DNA from: an uncultured virus (IMG/VR IMGVR_UViG_3300008012_000024)
Taxonomy: Duplodnaviria; Heunggongvirae; Uroviricota; Caudoviricetes
DNA: 20,000 nt
Direction: 5' to 3' (one strand)
IMG/VR virus record: IMGVR_UViG_3300008012_000024
Location: 54,107-74,106 of that record
Shown: piece after piece, positions 1 through 8,554 of the stretch
Layout of the letters: each line of letters opens with the position of its first letter
How positions within the stretch are numbered: the stretch's first letter is position 1
The notes under the pieces: model-generated
What the model was told of the DNA's origin: nothing
What the model saw: only the letters and a program-made list of their open reading frames with translations
Databases searched by the model: none
Program-made: the position numbers and the translations under genes

Positions 1-150
1 TATATAATTATTAGAATATTCTATAGGCAATCCTTCTTTTTTAAATCTACTATGAACGCTATAAGTTGATCCATCTAATGTTGGTCCTTTTCCCAACCAT
101 CGTAATAAGTAATGTGTTGCAGTATTTCCTGGAGTTATTAATATGTTCAT
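1..150 (-). CDS. N-terminal 50 aa of a hypothetical protein that runs off the left edge (MNILITPGNTATHYLLRWLGKGPTLDGSTYSVHSRFKKEGLPIEYSNNYI...)
   Basis: Manual translation: ATG at 150-148, 4 nt after the stop of 155..1027, open to position 1. Not in the ORF track because it is truncated. Confidence 0.7.
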   Translation of the reverse strand, partial: MNILITPGNTATHYLLRWLGKGPTLDGSTYSVHSRFKKEGLPIEYSNNYI

Positions 151-154
151 TTAG

Positions 155-1027
155 TTAATAATTTATAATTTTTTTCACAATTTGTTTTGTTGTTAAATTG
201 TTTTTTAGATGGGAAAAAAGATATTCATTTAAAGAATTATATTCTGGATGAATTTCTCCTTTTCTAGCATATTTATTAACCTCTCTGAATATCTCTTTAG
301 GATAATCTAACATCACAAATGCAGGACATTCATCAATATCTGGAAAATATGGTACACACTTATTGGCAAGTATTTCAAGATGCCTCATACAATTCCATTG
401 ACTTTTTTTCCAAGTTATTCCATAATAAGATATTGCATAATCCCTATAATATGATTCTTCAGTAGTATAAACATACGTTTCTTTTTTTCCAGGAATTATG
501 TCAGCAAATACTTTTTCTTTTTTAGGAGTATGTTTAATTAGTTGTGACTCAGGTATACCAAAACTTATGGGATTTCCTGCTCCTATATTTTCTAATTGAC
601 TCTTCCATATTATTCCATAAGGAAATATTCCAAAAGCGTGAGAATAATTCCAAGAATTATCTGATCCATCAATAAAATGAACTTTATCTTTAGAATAGTA
701 TTTTCTAACAATATCAAGATAATCTAAACATCTCCTATTTGGAAATGACTCATGTGTGTATACACATCCGTATATAATAATATCATAAAACTTAGAACGT
801 ATTTTTTCAACTATTATTTCTGGAGATTCTACGTTTGGAACATAATCAAGTTTTCCAAACATAGTAAATCCTTTTCCATATAATTTAGATAGATCAGAAC
901 TATTTTTAATCATATAAGAAGGATAATGAGTCTCATATACATCAAATCCACTATCAATTAATCCATGATAAACAGTATCTGCCTGATATTCTGGGTATGC
1001 AAAGTTATAGACGTATAAAATTTTCAT
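155..1027 (-). CDS. Putative glycosyltransferase-like protein (GT-B-like), 290 aa
   Basis: N-terminal MKILYVY strand. C-terminal YYGITWKKSQWNCMRHLEILANKCVPYF resembles the 'R-x-x-E-x-L-A-x-G-C-x-P' signature of GT-B C-terminal domains. Its start overlaps the upstream stop (TAATG). The ORF is solid; the function is inferred. Confidence 0.6.
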   Translation of the reverse strand: MKILYVYNFAYPEYQADTVYHGLIDSGFDVYETHYPSYMIKNSSDLSKLYGKGFTMFGKLDYVPNVESPEIIVEKIRSKFYDIIIYGCVYTHESFPNRRCLDYLDIVRKYYSKDKVHFIDGSDNSWNYSHAFGIFPYGIIWKSQLENIGAGNPISFGIPESQLIKHTPKKEKVFADIIPGKKETYVYTTEESYYRDYAISYYGITWKKSQWNCMRHLEILANKCVPYFPDIDECPAFVMLDYPKEIFREVNKYARKGEIHPEYNSLNEYLFSHLKNNLTTKQIVKKIINY

Positions 1028-1803
1028 TAGTAAACGTGAGTTTCTGCGGAATAATGTTCACCATACCAGTATCTCCTAAAATCTTTTTTGTTATTGATAA
1101 TAACATTGAAAGGAAATCTATTAAGTTCTATTTGCATACTGTTCAAATAATCACGAAGAATAGATTCTGGATGATAATCAATGGTACCCATATTAGTGAG
1201 ATTATTATATAAATCAGAATATATGTCCATCAATTGTGATGTACCTAATGCAAATTGATCATTAACTCCACCACACCAATCTTCACCTTTTGGAATATTA
1301 ATACAATCTGGTAACTTTTTCAAATCCAATTCTTTACCTTCAAAATCACTATCAAATCTCATCCGTATAACTCTATCAAAAACAATATTGTTTTCATTCT
1401 CATAATCTTTTTTTAATTGATTACTTTTCCAAATAGAGTACAACATACTTATGTAACCAATATCATGCCTTGGTTTAATACATGTATCTGGTATAAAGGG
1501 ATTGGTATCTAAACAATCATATATTTTTTGAAAATGATGTTTTTTACTTTCATAATCTTCAATGAGTAAAGTCTCATACTTGTATTGATTTTGATCAATA
1601 ATACCAAGATCAGTTTCTACAATGTTTTGTTTTTCCTTTAACTCTAAACCCTGTATCGTTGTCGTAAAATCTTCACGATCATATATCTTCCAAGTATGAA
1701 TAAAAAGTTTTAGATCTTCATAATTTTTAGTTATATTCTCAATACTACGAACAGCAAATTCTGGATACCTGACAGCACCAGAAATACATATAGCGATTTT
1801 CAT
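1027..1803 (-). CDS. Conserved hypothetical protein, putative nucleotide-sugar transferase (GT-A-like), 258 aa
   Basis: Motifs KIAICISGxxR, LFIHTW, SMLYSI, FDRVIRMRFD, NDQFALG and HPE, which I recognise from proteins in viral and bacterial glycan clusters. TAATG overlaps at both ends. Confidence 0.55.
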   Translation of the reverse strand: MKIAICISGAVRYPEFAVRSIENITKNYEDLKLFIHTWKIYDREDFTTTIQGLELKEKQNIVETDLGIIDQNQYKYETLLIEDYESKKHHFQKIYDCLDTNPFIPDTCIKPRHDIGYISMLYSIWKSNQLKKDYENENNIVFDRVIRMRFDSDFEGKELDLKKLPDCINIPKGEDWCGGVNDQFALGTSQLMDIYSDLYNNLTNMGTIDYHPESILRDYLNSMQIELNRFPFNVIINNKKDFRRYWYGEHYSAETHVY

Positions 1804-2801
1804 TATTCAAAAATGTAATTTTTAACGACTTGCTTGGGAACTCTCAACAAATATGCAGCATTATCCTGGAATCCAAATGTCATCAAGTAATCATCACCGT
1901 ACTCACACATTCCAACTGCAAATTCAATAGAACCACCTAAGAAAGAAAATCTTTTTGATACTTTAGTAATCTTCCAGTCTTTATCCCATACAACAAATCT
2001 ATGCCTGTATGTTCCATCCTTTCTTCCTGCAGGACTTTGATATAGGAATGTCTCATGATTCAAACAGAAACGTCTTTGATCATCCAATTTTAAAACTTGC
2101 GATCCACCACGCAAATCAATACATCCCAAATCCTGCCATTCTGAGAGAGCAACTCTTTCAGTTTTATTTGTTTCCATATTATACTTAACTACTTCCGTTC
2201 CATTAGTCCACTTAATAAAATGAAACGGCATGTCTAGGACAGGCATCCAGTTTTTTTCACAATAAGAAGTCTTGTCACCCTGATCGTCACCAGGAACTGG
2301 AATTCTATATTGTTTTAATTCTTTAACACCATTTTCAGTAAACTCAATCTCAGACAACTCCATGCGTCCTTGACCATTATAAGTGGTATCTCTTCTTACA
2401 CCACAAATATAAAGTTTACCATCCCACCTCATAATCCGAGCATCTTCCAATCCAACAAATTCCCATAATTCTTTATCAGGAAAATCTGAAGTATCAATAT
2501 GATGATAATATTTAATAGACATATCATCTGTCATTTCACACATAATATTTTTAGTGCGAAGACGTAAATCGTTTTCTGGATGAATATAAACTAATGGTCC
2601 CCAATGATGTTCATACTTATTCAATTCAGAATGATACAATGTATAATTAATATTTCTAAGATTTACAATGATTTTTCCATTATCATTATAAATTGATGGG
2701 TTAGTTAGTGCTGGTCCTTTAAGATCTTCTGAAGGAATAATCAGTGGGTGTATAGATCCACCATTTTCTAAGGCAATCTTTACAAAATTTTCTTCACTCA
2801 T
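1803..2801 (-). CDS. Five-bladed beta-propeller glycosidase/phosphorylase-like protein (GH130/GH43/DUF377-like), 332 aa
   Basis: Motifs NPSI, GLEDARI, EKNWMP, LRGGS, IEFAVGM and FGFQDN are typical of GH130-fold enzymes. Confidence 0.65.
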   Translation of the reverse strand: MSEENFVKIALENGGSIHPLIIPSEDLKGPALTNPSIYNDNGKIIVNLRNINYTLYHSELNKYEHHWGPLVYIHPENDLRLRTKNIMCEMTDDMSIKYYHHIDTSDFPDKELWEFVGLEDARIMRWDGKLYICGVRRDTTYNGQGRMELSEIEFTENGVKELKQYRIPVPGDDQGDKTSYCEKNWMPVLDMPFHFIKWTNGTEVVKYNMETNKTERVALSEWQDLGCIDLRGGSQVLKLDDQRRFCLNHETFLYQSPAGRKDGTYRHRFVVWDKDWKITKVSKRFSFLGGSIEFAVGMCEYGDDYLMTFGFQDNAAYLLRVPKQVVKNYIFE

Positions 2802-2821
2802 ATTATTAAATCAACTGTTGA

Positions 2822-2829
2822 TATTTATT
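2822..2829 (-). promoter_or_regulatory. T4-like late promoter (AATAAATA)
   Basis: Plus strand tatttatt, about 20 nt upstream of the ATG at 2801. Confidence 0.55.
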
Positions 2830-2846
2830 TTGGAGTTATAAACTCT

Positions 2847-2855
2847 ATTCTAGCA
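2847..2855 (-). promoter_or_regulatory. Sigma70-like extended -10 element (TGCTAGAAT)
   Basis: Plus strand attctagca in the 56-nt intergenic gap upstream of the glyco-enzyme cluster; matches TGnTAnAAT. Confidence 0.45.
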
Positions 2856-2857
2856 CA

Positions 2858-4621
2858 TTAATATGGAATTGGGCACCAATAAACTTTATTTGAACTAGAT
2901 CCTATGAAATATATATTTCTCCCACGAACGTGAATTCCTCTGAGAGTAGTTTCTTGTTGCGTTACCTTAAAAGATTGCATAAATGTTAAACTAACTCCAG
3001 TTAATCTCCAGGGGACACTAGTCTTATATTGTTGTATTTCATCAGTGCTATGTCCAGCCGTAAATAAGTATCGTCCATCTTCAGACCATGCAATACCATT
3101 TGTACTGCCTTCAACATTAGCATTATCATCTAATGCAATGCTTGAACCATCATAATTATAAGTAGTATCACCTTCTATTGTTCTTAGTCCATACCACGGA
3201 GGATCAACCGTATACTGATATGCAATATTATTATCAATAGCCCACAACTTTGTTCCATCGTAACTATAACGGCAACCAAGTGGAGTATCAGCACTCTGAT
3301 TATTTGTAAACAAAGATGCTGCTATTAATCCATATCTTTCATTACCAACATGTGTAGATTCTTTTCCAGCATATTTCATTCTAAAAATTCTATCATAGTC
3401 ACCAGTTGTATAAAGGTCACCAACCCATAAAATATCATCAGATTGCCATCTAACACACGCTATGGTATAAGCATAGTAAGAATTATTCCCAGCACTTTGT
3501 CTGTAATGATTCAGATCATACTTAGCATAATTAGAGCCCATACTAGTAATATCATAAGGTGTTGATAATTCACCAATATAAATTCCATCCATTCCATAAC
3601 CACACCAGGCAATTACTGTACCATCAGAATTGAAATCAAATCCAGTTGGATTTGAATCAACTGCACTTGTTGTTCCAAGATGAGTTAAAGTACTACTAAT
3701 ATCATAAGCAGTACTTAAACTAAATCTATCAAATACATCTCCCGTCATTCCAAGAACTAATAGATTAGATCCACTATTATAAAACTGAAAATCATATGGA
3801 CCTGTCTCCCAAGTCCCAAGATCAACACTATTACCCTCAGTAACAGTTGATGACACATCCCATGCAGTTGAAACTGAGAATTCAAATAAATCATTATATC
3901 CATCACACAAAATCCAAAACTTTGTGCCGTCAGGTTTCCATCTTATAGATCTAGCAGTTCTATTCAGTGGACTTGTTGACATAGTGTAATAAGTTACACC
4001 CCCTGCTGTACTTATATCGTATGCAGTAGACAAAGTACGTTGAGCTACTCTATCATTCGGGGCAACAAAATAAACTTTAGTTCCATCATTATTAAATTCA
4101 AATGAGTATGTAGAAGCATCTGATACTCCAGTTGCAGTTGCTAAATTATCATATTTTTTATATGGAATGGCACCGTAAGATATTGTTGATAAATCCCACG
4201 GAGTTGACATATTAAATAAAATTATACCATCTTTATCATGTCCACACAGAATCAAATATTGACCATCAGGTGAAATATCAAACCCATATGAATTACCTTC
4301 ATATTGTACATGAGACCATTCACGAACATATGATGCTGAACTTGGATCGAAAGGTGTTGATAATGAATATTGTCTAATGTAATCTGAACTAGTAGCCAAG
4401 AACATTTTAGTTCCATCGGGGCTAACGTGAACATCATACCAAGCTGTTCGACCAGTAACAACTGGATTGAAATATCTATTCACAGTAACTGCGGAAAGAG
4501 ATGAAGATGCTAGATCTGCACTAACCTTTTTCCGAAGATATTCATTTTGACTTACCATACCACTAGGAATTGCGGCTTTCCTTACCGTTCCAGTCAATAA
4601 ACTGCTACTATTAATAGACAT
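2858..4621 (-). CDS. Beta-propeller repeat protein, putative fibre head/receptor-binding protein, 587 aa
   Basis: About 10 repeats of [S/N]-[P/N/x]-D-G-T-K-x-[FYW] ... L-S-T-[AP]-[WYF]-D-[IVL]-S-[ST]. Translationally coupled (TAATG at 4621) to the 120-aa gene. Confidence 0.75.
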   Translation of the reverse strand: MSINSSSLLTGTVRKAAIPSGMVSQNEYLRKKVSADLASSSLSAVTVNRYFNPVVTGRTAWYDVHVSPDGTKMFLATSSDYIRQYSLSTPFDPSSASYVREWSHVQYEGNSYGFDISPDGQYLILCGHDKDGIILFNMSTPWDLSTISYGAIPYKKYDNLATATGVSDASTYSFEFNNDGTKVYFVAPNDRVAQRTLSTAYDISTAGGVTYYTMSTSPLNRTARSIRWKPDGTKFWILCDGYNDLFEFSVSTAWDVSSTVTEGNSVDLGTWETGPYDFQFYNSGSNLLVLGMTGDVFDRFSLSTAYDISSTLTHLGTTSAVDSNPTGFDFNSDGTVIAWCGYGMDGIYIGELSTPYDITSMGSNYAKYDLNHYRQSAGNNSYYAYTIACVRWQSDDILWVGDLYTTGDYDRIFRMKYAGKESTHVGNERYGLIAASLFTNNQSADTPLGCRYSYDGTKLWAIDNNIAYQYTVDPPWYGLRTIEGDTTYNYDGSSIALDDNANVEGSTNGIAWSEDGRYLFTAGHSTDEIQQYKTSVPWRLTGVSLTFMQSFKVTQQETTLRGIHVRGRNIYFIGSSSNKVYWCPIPY

Positions 4622-4983
4622 TAGTAGATTTCCTCGTATCCGATAGTTACTTCAAGAATTGAGCTACTACTTGCTTGTACTTTTATAGAATGCCCCTCTA
4701 AAAGATATAAATATGAATCTTTATCTAAAATAATTTGTGTAGATGAAGTAGGAACATATATTCTATATGCAAGATAACGATCATTTGATCCATCGTTTAT
4801 AGAAACAGATATCCATGCATCCGTTCCAGTAGAAATATTTGCAGCGTAAATTGAATTTATTTTAAATACTTTATCTGAGGATGCACTATTCGTCAAAATA
4901 GATGATAATGATGTAGTAACAGATCCTGAAACATGCTTACCCAATATAACGAGTCCAGATTTTGTTAAACTTGGATTTGCCAT
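4621..4983 (-). CDS. Small beta-rich virion protein (putative fibre adaptor), 120 aa; paralog of the N-terminus of 5045..6085
   Basis: AGGAGT Shine-Dalgarno at 4994-4999. Aligns by eye with the 346-aa N-terminus (KVFKINSIYA/KVYKIDTIYA, DGSNDRYLA/DGVNDRYIA, STQIIL/STQIIL, YLLEGHSIKV/YLQEGESIKV). Confidence 0.75.
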   Translation of the reverse strand: MANPSLTKSGLVILGKHVSGSVTTSLSSILTNSASSDKVFKINSIYAANISTGTDAWISVSINDGSNDRYLAYRIYVPTSSTQIILDKDSYLYLLEGHSIKVQASSSSILEVTIGYEEIY

Positions 4984-5044
4984 TTACTGATTTACTCCTA
5001 TCTTCATTTAAAACTAATAACCCACTACTTACTATGTATAATTA

Positions 5045-6085
5045 TCACAGTCCAAATTCATCTTTATAGTAATTATAATTATTTAGAACTTCGTTAGCAG
5101 ACAATGCTTTAGTATATACTAAAAATTTAGATCCCTTCATTTGAGTAGGAAAGGCATCACCACTAGTTTTAGCAACCGTAAAATCAGCTGCAGTTCCAAA
5201 TGAATTAGTATTTGTCGAACCAGTCGATATAAGCGATCCATTTATATAAAGTCTAATTGCATTATCACCATCAGCATCCCACGTGAACACTATTTGACGC
5301 CAAGAATTCCAGTGCGAACCAAGATTATAAACAATATCAGTAGTAGTTGTTGTTTCTAATCTAGCTTCCATTTTATATACATTAGAACCAAGAAGCAATA
5401 ACATATAAAAACCAAAGTTATTACTTCCAGTATCACGCGCCCCAAAAATATGTCTATAAGCTGAATCAGTATCATCAATATTCACCCACGCTTCGATTGA
5501 GATGGGATTATGACCACTGTTGAAATCTGAAAGAGATACATTTGCATATTCACTACTAGTTCCATCAAATTGGAAATAACCACCAGATCCACTCGTATGT
5601 GTAGGCGATCCATTTAATGTCATATCGTTGCCTTGTCCACTTATATCAGTCCAAGTAGTGCCACTTCCACTGTATGAAGCACTATCAGCAGCATCGACAT
5701 GAAATATTAAACCATCAGTAATAACACCAGGTGCGGTGTAAATATCATCATAAACGACAATAACATGAGTGTTATAACCACTAACTTTTATACTCTCTCC
5801 TTCTTGAAGATAGAAGTATCTAGACCTGTTTAAAATAATTTGCGTACTTTCAGGTGGTACTTGTACGTTTTTTGCAATATAACGATCATTAACACCATCA
5901 CTAATACAAATATCTACTCCACCTAGAGTACTACTACTTGAACATGAAGCGTATATAGTATCTATTTTATATACCTTATTAGAATCAGCGGTAACAGACA
6001 GGAGAGATGTTAACGTTGTTGTTGTAGATGCCGCAACATAACCTCCATGAATTGACGAAGCACTCGCAATATTTGGATCAGCCAT
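5045..6085 (-). CDS. Adaptor domain fused to a LamG/concanavalin A-like lectin domain, putative receptor-binding protein, 346 aa
   Basis: C-terminal ITDGLIFHVDAA-SYSGSGTTWTDISG, ISIEAWVN, WRQIVFTWD, RLYINGSL and YTKALSANEVLNNY are LamG-3-like signatures common in cyanophage tail proteins. Confidence 0.8.
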   Translation of the reverse strand: MADPNIASASSIHGGYVAASTTTTLTSLLSVTADSNKVYKIDTIYASCSSSSTLGGVDICISDGVNDRYIAKNVQVPPESTQIILNRSRYFYLQEGESIKVSGYNTHVIVVYDDIYTAPGVITDGLIFHVDAADSASYSGSGTTWTDISGQGNDMTLNGSPTHTSGSGGYFQFDGTSSEYANVSLSDFNSGHNPISIEAWVNIDDTDSAYRHIFGARDTGSNNFGFYMLLLLGSNVYKMEARLETTTTTDIVYNLGSHWNSWRQIVFTWDADGDNAIRLYINGSLISTGSTNTNSFGTAADFTVAKTSGDAFPTQMKGSKFLVYTKALSANEVLNNYNYYKDEFGL

Positions 6086-6110
6086 ATAAAATCTTTTTCA
6101 TGCGTTCAAA

Positions 6111-6118
6111 TATTTATA
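6111..6118 (-). promoter_or_regulatory. T4 late promoter, perfect consensus TATAAATA
   Basis: Plus strand tatttata, 25 nt upstream of the ATG at 6085. Confidence 0.75.
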
Positions 6119-6120
6119 TA

Positions 6121-6480
6121 TCATCCAAAAATCATTGATATCATAACACCACCACTGCCACCACTGCCACTACCTCCACCATCAGAAGTACCAGCAATAC
6201 CTTGAACACCCTGGGCACCGACAGCAGCATATTCACCAGAAAGACCCTGCAAACCTTGAGTACCTTGGTTTCCTTGAATACCACCAGCACCAGCAAGACC
6301 TTGAACACCTTGAGTGCCTTGAGAACCTTGACCACCAACAGCACCAAAGAGACCCTGAAGTCCTTGAAGTCCTTGAAGACCAATGGTTCCTTGAGTGCCT
6401 TGGTTAGCAAGACCCTGAACACCTTGTGCTCCAGAAAAATTAGTACCAGTTAAAAACTCTGTTAATCTTATATCGGGCAT
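6121..6480 (-). CDS. Short collagen-like (Gly-X-Gln) fibre/stalk protein, 119 aa
   Basis: Interrupted GxQ triplets, a Gly/Ser linker and a hydrophobic C-terminus GVMISMIFG. Confidence 0.8.
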   Translation of the reverse strand: MPDIRLTEFLTGTNFSGAQGVQGLANQGTQGTIGLQGLQGLQGLFGAVGGQGSQGTQGVQGLAGAGGIQGNQGTQGLQGLSGEYAAVGAQGVQGIAGTSDGGGSGSGGSGGVMISMIFG

Positions 6481-6502
6481 AATATTGTAGGGTTAATATG
6501 AT

Positions 6503-7123
6503 CTATTTATCTGCACTATCAAAAGCATAATGTACATTATGTCCATCAGACAACACATAATGAAAAAATATTTGATGATAATATTTTTTAAAAATATTTT
6601 TTGTTATTGAAAAATTTTTCTTGTCAAATTCTTCTCTCCAATGAAGTATTTCACAACCCTTATATAGAATTGCATCTCCAGCAGAAAGATTCACAGAAAC
6701 ATCATCACCATTTGGTGTTTTTACAAATATTGGCCAAGGTTTCTTTGAATTAGAAGATACATGTATTGATACTGATATTTCACATGATGATCTATCAATA
6801 TGTTTTTCTAATTTTTGATTTGAAAAATAAAATCTATCAAAATAATAAGTATTATAAAGTTTTTTACCAATTATTTTTTCTATTTTCAATCTAATCTGGT
6901 TGTGTATATTTCTATATTGTGGGTGATTATAACAGCAAGTAGCTCCATTTACTTGCATATCTTCACCAGCATATGTAAACTCGTTTAATTTTTTACCCCA
7001 GTAATGTATTTGCCCAGTTTTAGATGGAACATTCCTGTACAACTCTTCAGGATTCCATAAATCCTTAACAACTAAGTATCCTTGTTCATCAAAAACACTA
7101 TTATTTGTTTTACTAATAGTCAT
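6503..7123 (-). CDS. 2OG-Fe(II) oxygenase-like protein, 206 aa
   Basis: HxD (KHIDR), distal His (ILHWRE), GDAILYKG strand and QIFFHYV; a family common in marine T4-like phages. Confidence 0.7.
   Translation of the reverse strand: MTISKTNNSVFDEQGYLVVKDLWNPEELYRNVPSKTGQIHYWGKKLNEFTYAGEDMQVNGATCCYNHPQYRNIHNQIRLKIEKIIGKKLYNTYYFDRFYFSNQKLEKHIDRSSCEISVSIHVSSNSKKPWPIFVKTPNGDDVSVNLSAGDAILYKGCEILHWREEFDKKNFSITKNIFKKYYHQIFFHYVLSDGHNVHYAFDSADK
6504..6511 (-). promoter_or_regulatory. T4-like late promoter (GATAAATA) overlapping the oxygenase stop codon
   Basis: Plus strand tatttatc, 23 nt upstream of the ATG at 6480. Confidence 0.55.
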
Positions 7124-7126
7124 AAT

Positions 7127-7747
7127 TTACTTCCACCTAGGTCCAACAACCCAACCAACTAATGATTTTCTTTGTCCTTTAGTAACTTTCAAAACTCTAT
7201 GCTGAGTTCTAGAATCAAAAATTACTATAGTTCCCCTCTGCCTTGGAGCAAAATAACTTTTTCCATCTTCAGCAAGTAATTGTAAATTTCCACCCTCATA
7301 ATCTTCTGGATTTGAAAGTTGAACAACAAACGAAAGTTTTCTAACCAATTCTAGATTTTCATTTACAAAATCTTGTGCTCTACCATCAGAATAATTTCCT
7401 ACAGAAATTGGTTTGTAATGGCATGATATTCCAGCATCATTATGCCAAGTGTAAAATTCACCAACATCATATTGAGTAAATTGCATATTCTCTGCATCAA
7501 TATTACGGATATCATAGAGAAAATTTTCCCTATTTGCTCTTTGAATATAATGCCAAACAAATCCTCCAACCCAATGCGTTGTTGGAATCCAAGAATTTTT
7601 TGATGCTCTCTTATCTTTATTTAAAGAATCACCAGATAAAAGAGAATCATTCATTTGATTCCCAAAATTATTATTCAAATCTTCACATATGACTTCAACA
7701 ACCTTTTCTGGCAGATTAGTCATATACCAAATACTCTGATATGCCAT
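7127..7747 (-). CDS. 2OG-Fe(II) oxygenase, PKHD/prolyl-4-hydroxylase-like, 206 aa
   Basis: QFTQY-x-x-G-x-x-Y-x-WHND (HxD), RKLSFVVQLS-x-P-x-DYEGG, HRV (distal His) and RKSLVGW (2OG-binding Arg-x-Ser). Confidence 0.9.
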   Translation of the reverse strand: MAYQSIWYMTNLPEKVVEVICEDLNNNFGNQMNDSLLSGDSLNKDKRASKNSWIPTTHWVGGFVWHYIQRANRENFLYDIRNIDAENMQFTQYDVGEFYTWHNDAGISCHYKPISVGNYSDGRAQDFVNENLELVRKLSFVVQLSNPEDYEGGNLQLLAEDGKSYFAPRQRGTIVIFDSRTQHRVLKVTKGQRKSLVGWVVGPRWK

Positions 7748-7771
7748 TTATTATATTTTCCTGTTCAAATA

Positions 7772-7780
7772 ATTATATCA
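7772..7780 (-). promoter_or_regulatory. Sigma70-like extended -10 promoter (TGATATAAT)
   Basis: Plus strand attatatca, a perfect TGnTATAAT 24 nt upstream of the oxygenase ATG at 7747. No TTGACA-like -35 seen. Confidence 0.6.
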
Positions 7781-7797
7781 TATAATACTTTCACATA

Positions 7798-8553
7798 TTA
7801 CTGTGATTGACCAGTAAACATGTCATATTGATATTTTGTTTGGAGATAAGAATATCTGCTAGCAGCACCAGAAACTTCACAATAAAGATAATATTCAGTA
7901 GCAGATCCATCAGAATTAGCAGTAGCTCCAGTATTGGTGCTACCTGTTCCACCAGCATCATAACACCACATGCTATCAGTATTTTCTTGGTATGCAACAT
8001 CAGTCCATGAGTGAGAGGTAGTCCAAGCAGTACTATAAGTTGTAGATCTTTGCCAATATTGAGCACTGTTTTGTCTATACAAGTCTGGATCTAAATTATT
8101 AATAACTCCATTAGCAGCATGAATTTCTATATGATCCATTTGGAAATCACCAAGAAACCAATTTGAAGCATCACTAGAAGCCTGTTGACGTACAAGAAAT
8201 CTTCCCCAACCACTAGATTCGTAAGATGACATGTTAATAGTACCAGTAAGCCATGGCTGACCATCAGCGGAGTGTTGTTCACTTCCCATACCACTGGTAT
8301 AAGTTGTACCATTATTTGATGATACAGGCAATTGAGTAAGAGTACCAGCAGAAATATCGTGCCAATAAAAATTAGTAGTTCCCATGTAATCACCCCACCT
8401 ATAATACTTAAATGTAATATATGCGTCTTGTATTTTTACGGATAAATTCTCGGCAGCATGGTATGACAATTCAGACTGACCTGTTACTATTTTACTAGAA
8501 GTGTCCGTCTTTGCTACAGTTCTTCTACCAGAATTATAACTTTTTATTGGCAT
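7798..8553 (-). CDS. Putative fibre head protein with a MAM-like beta-sandwich (apparently permuted), 251 aa
   Basis: Start moved from GTG 8574 to ATG 8553 (MPIKSY...), which has AGGAGT at 8563-8568 and avoids overlapping the upstream gene. MAM-like motifs FKYYRWGDYMGT, GDFQMDHI, GSTNTGA and YYLYCEVSG. Confidence 0.6.
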   Translation of the reverse strand: MPIKSYNSGRRTVAKTDTSSKIVTGQSELSYHAAENLSVKIQDAYITFKYYRWGDYMGTTNFYWHDISAGTLTQLPVSSNNGTTYTSGMGSEQHSADGQPWLTGTINMSSYESSGWGRFLVRQQASSDASNWFLGDFQMDHIEIHAANGVINNLDPDLYRQNSAQYWQRSTTYSTAWTTSHSWTDVAYQENTDSMWCYDAGGTGSTNTGATANSDGSATEYYLYCEVSGAASRYSYLQTKYQYDMFTGQSQ

Positions 8554-8554
8554 A

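Noticed and set aside
1..150. Sulfotransferase-like N-terminal loop (ITPGNTATHYL) in the truncated ORF
   Set aside because: Only a loose resemblance over 50 aa; cannot be supported without the rest of the gene.
1..2801. Lower GC of the enzyme genes as evidence of horizontal transfer
   Set aside because: Not computed; plausibly explained by Gly/Ala/Thr-rich structural proteins versus Lys/Ile/Asn-rich enzymes.
2833..2845. Small inverted repeat gagtt-ata-aactc as a terminator
   Set aside because: The 5-bp AT-rich stem is too weak and there is no U-tract on the coding strand.
5033..5040. TATACATA as a late promoter for the 120-aa gene
   Set aside because: Mismatch in the conserved core and about 50 nt from the start; could be chance in AT-rich DNA.
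6141..6453. Alternative-frame ORFs over the mini-collagen (93 aa minus, 83 aa plus)
   Set aside because: Shadow ORFs caused by stop-poor 9-bp periodic collagen codons.
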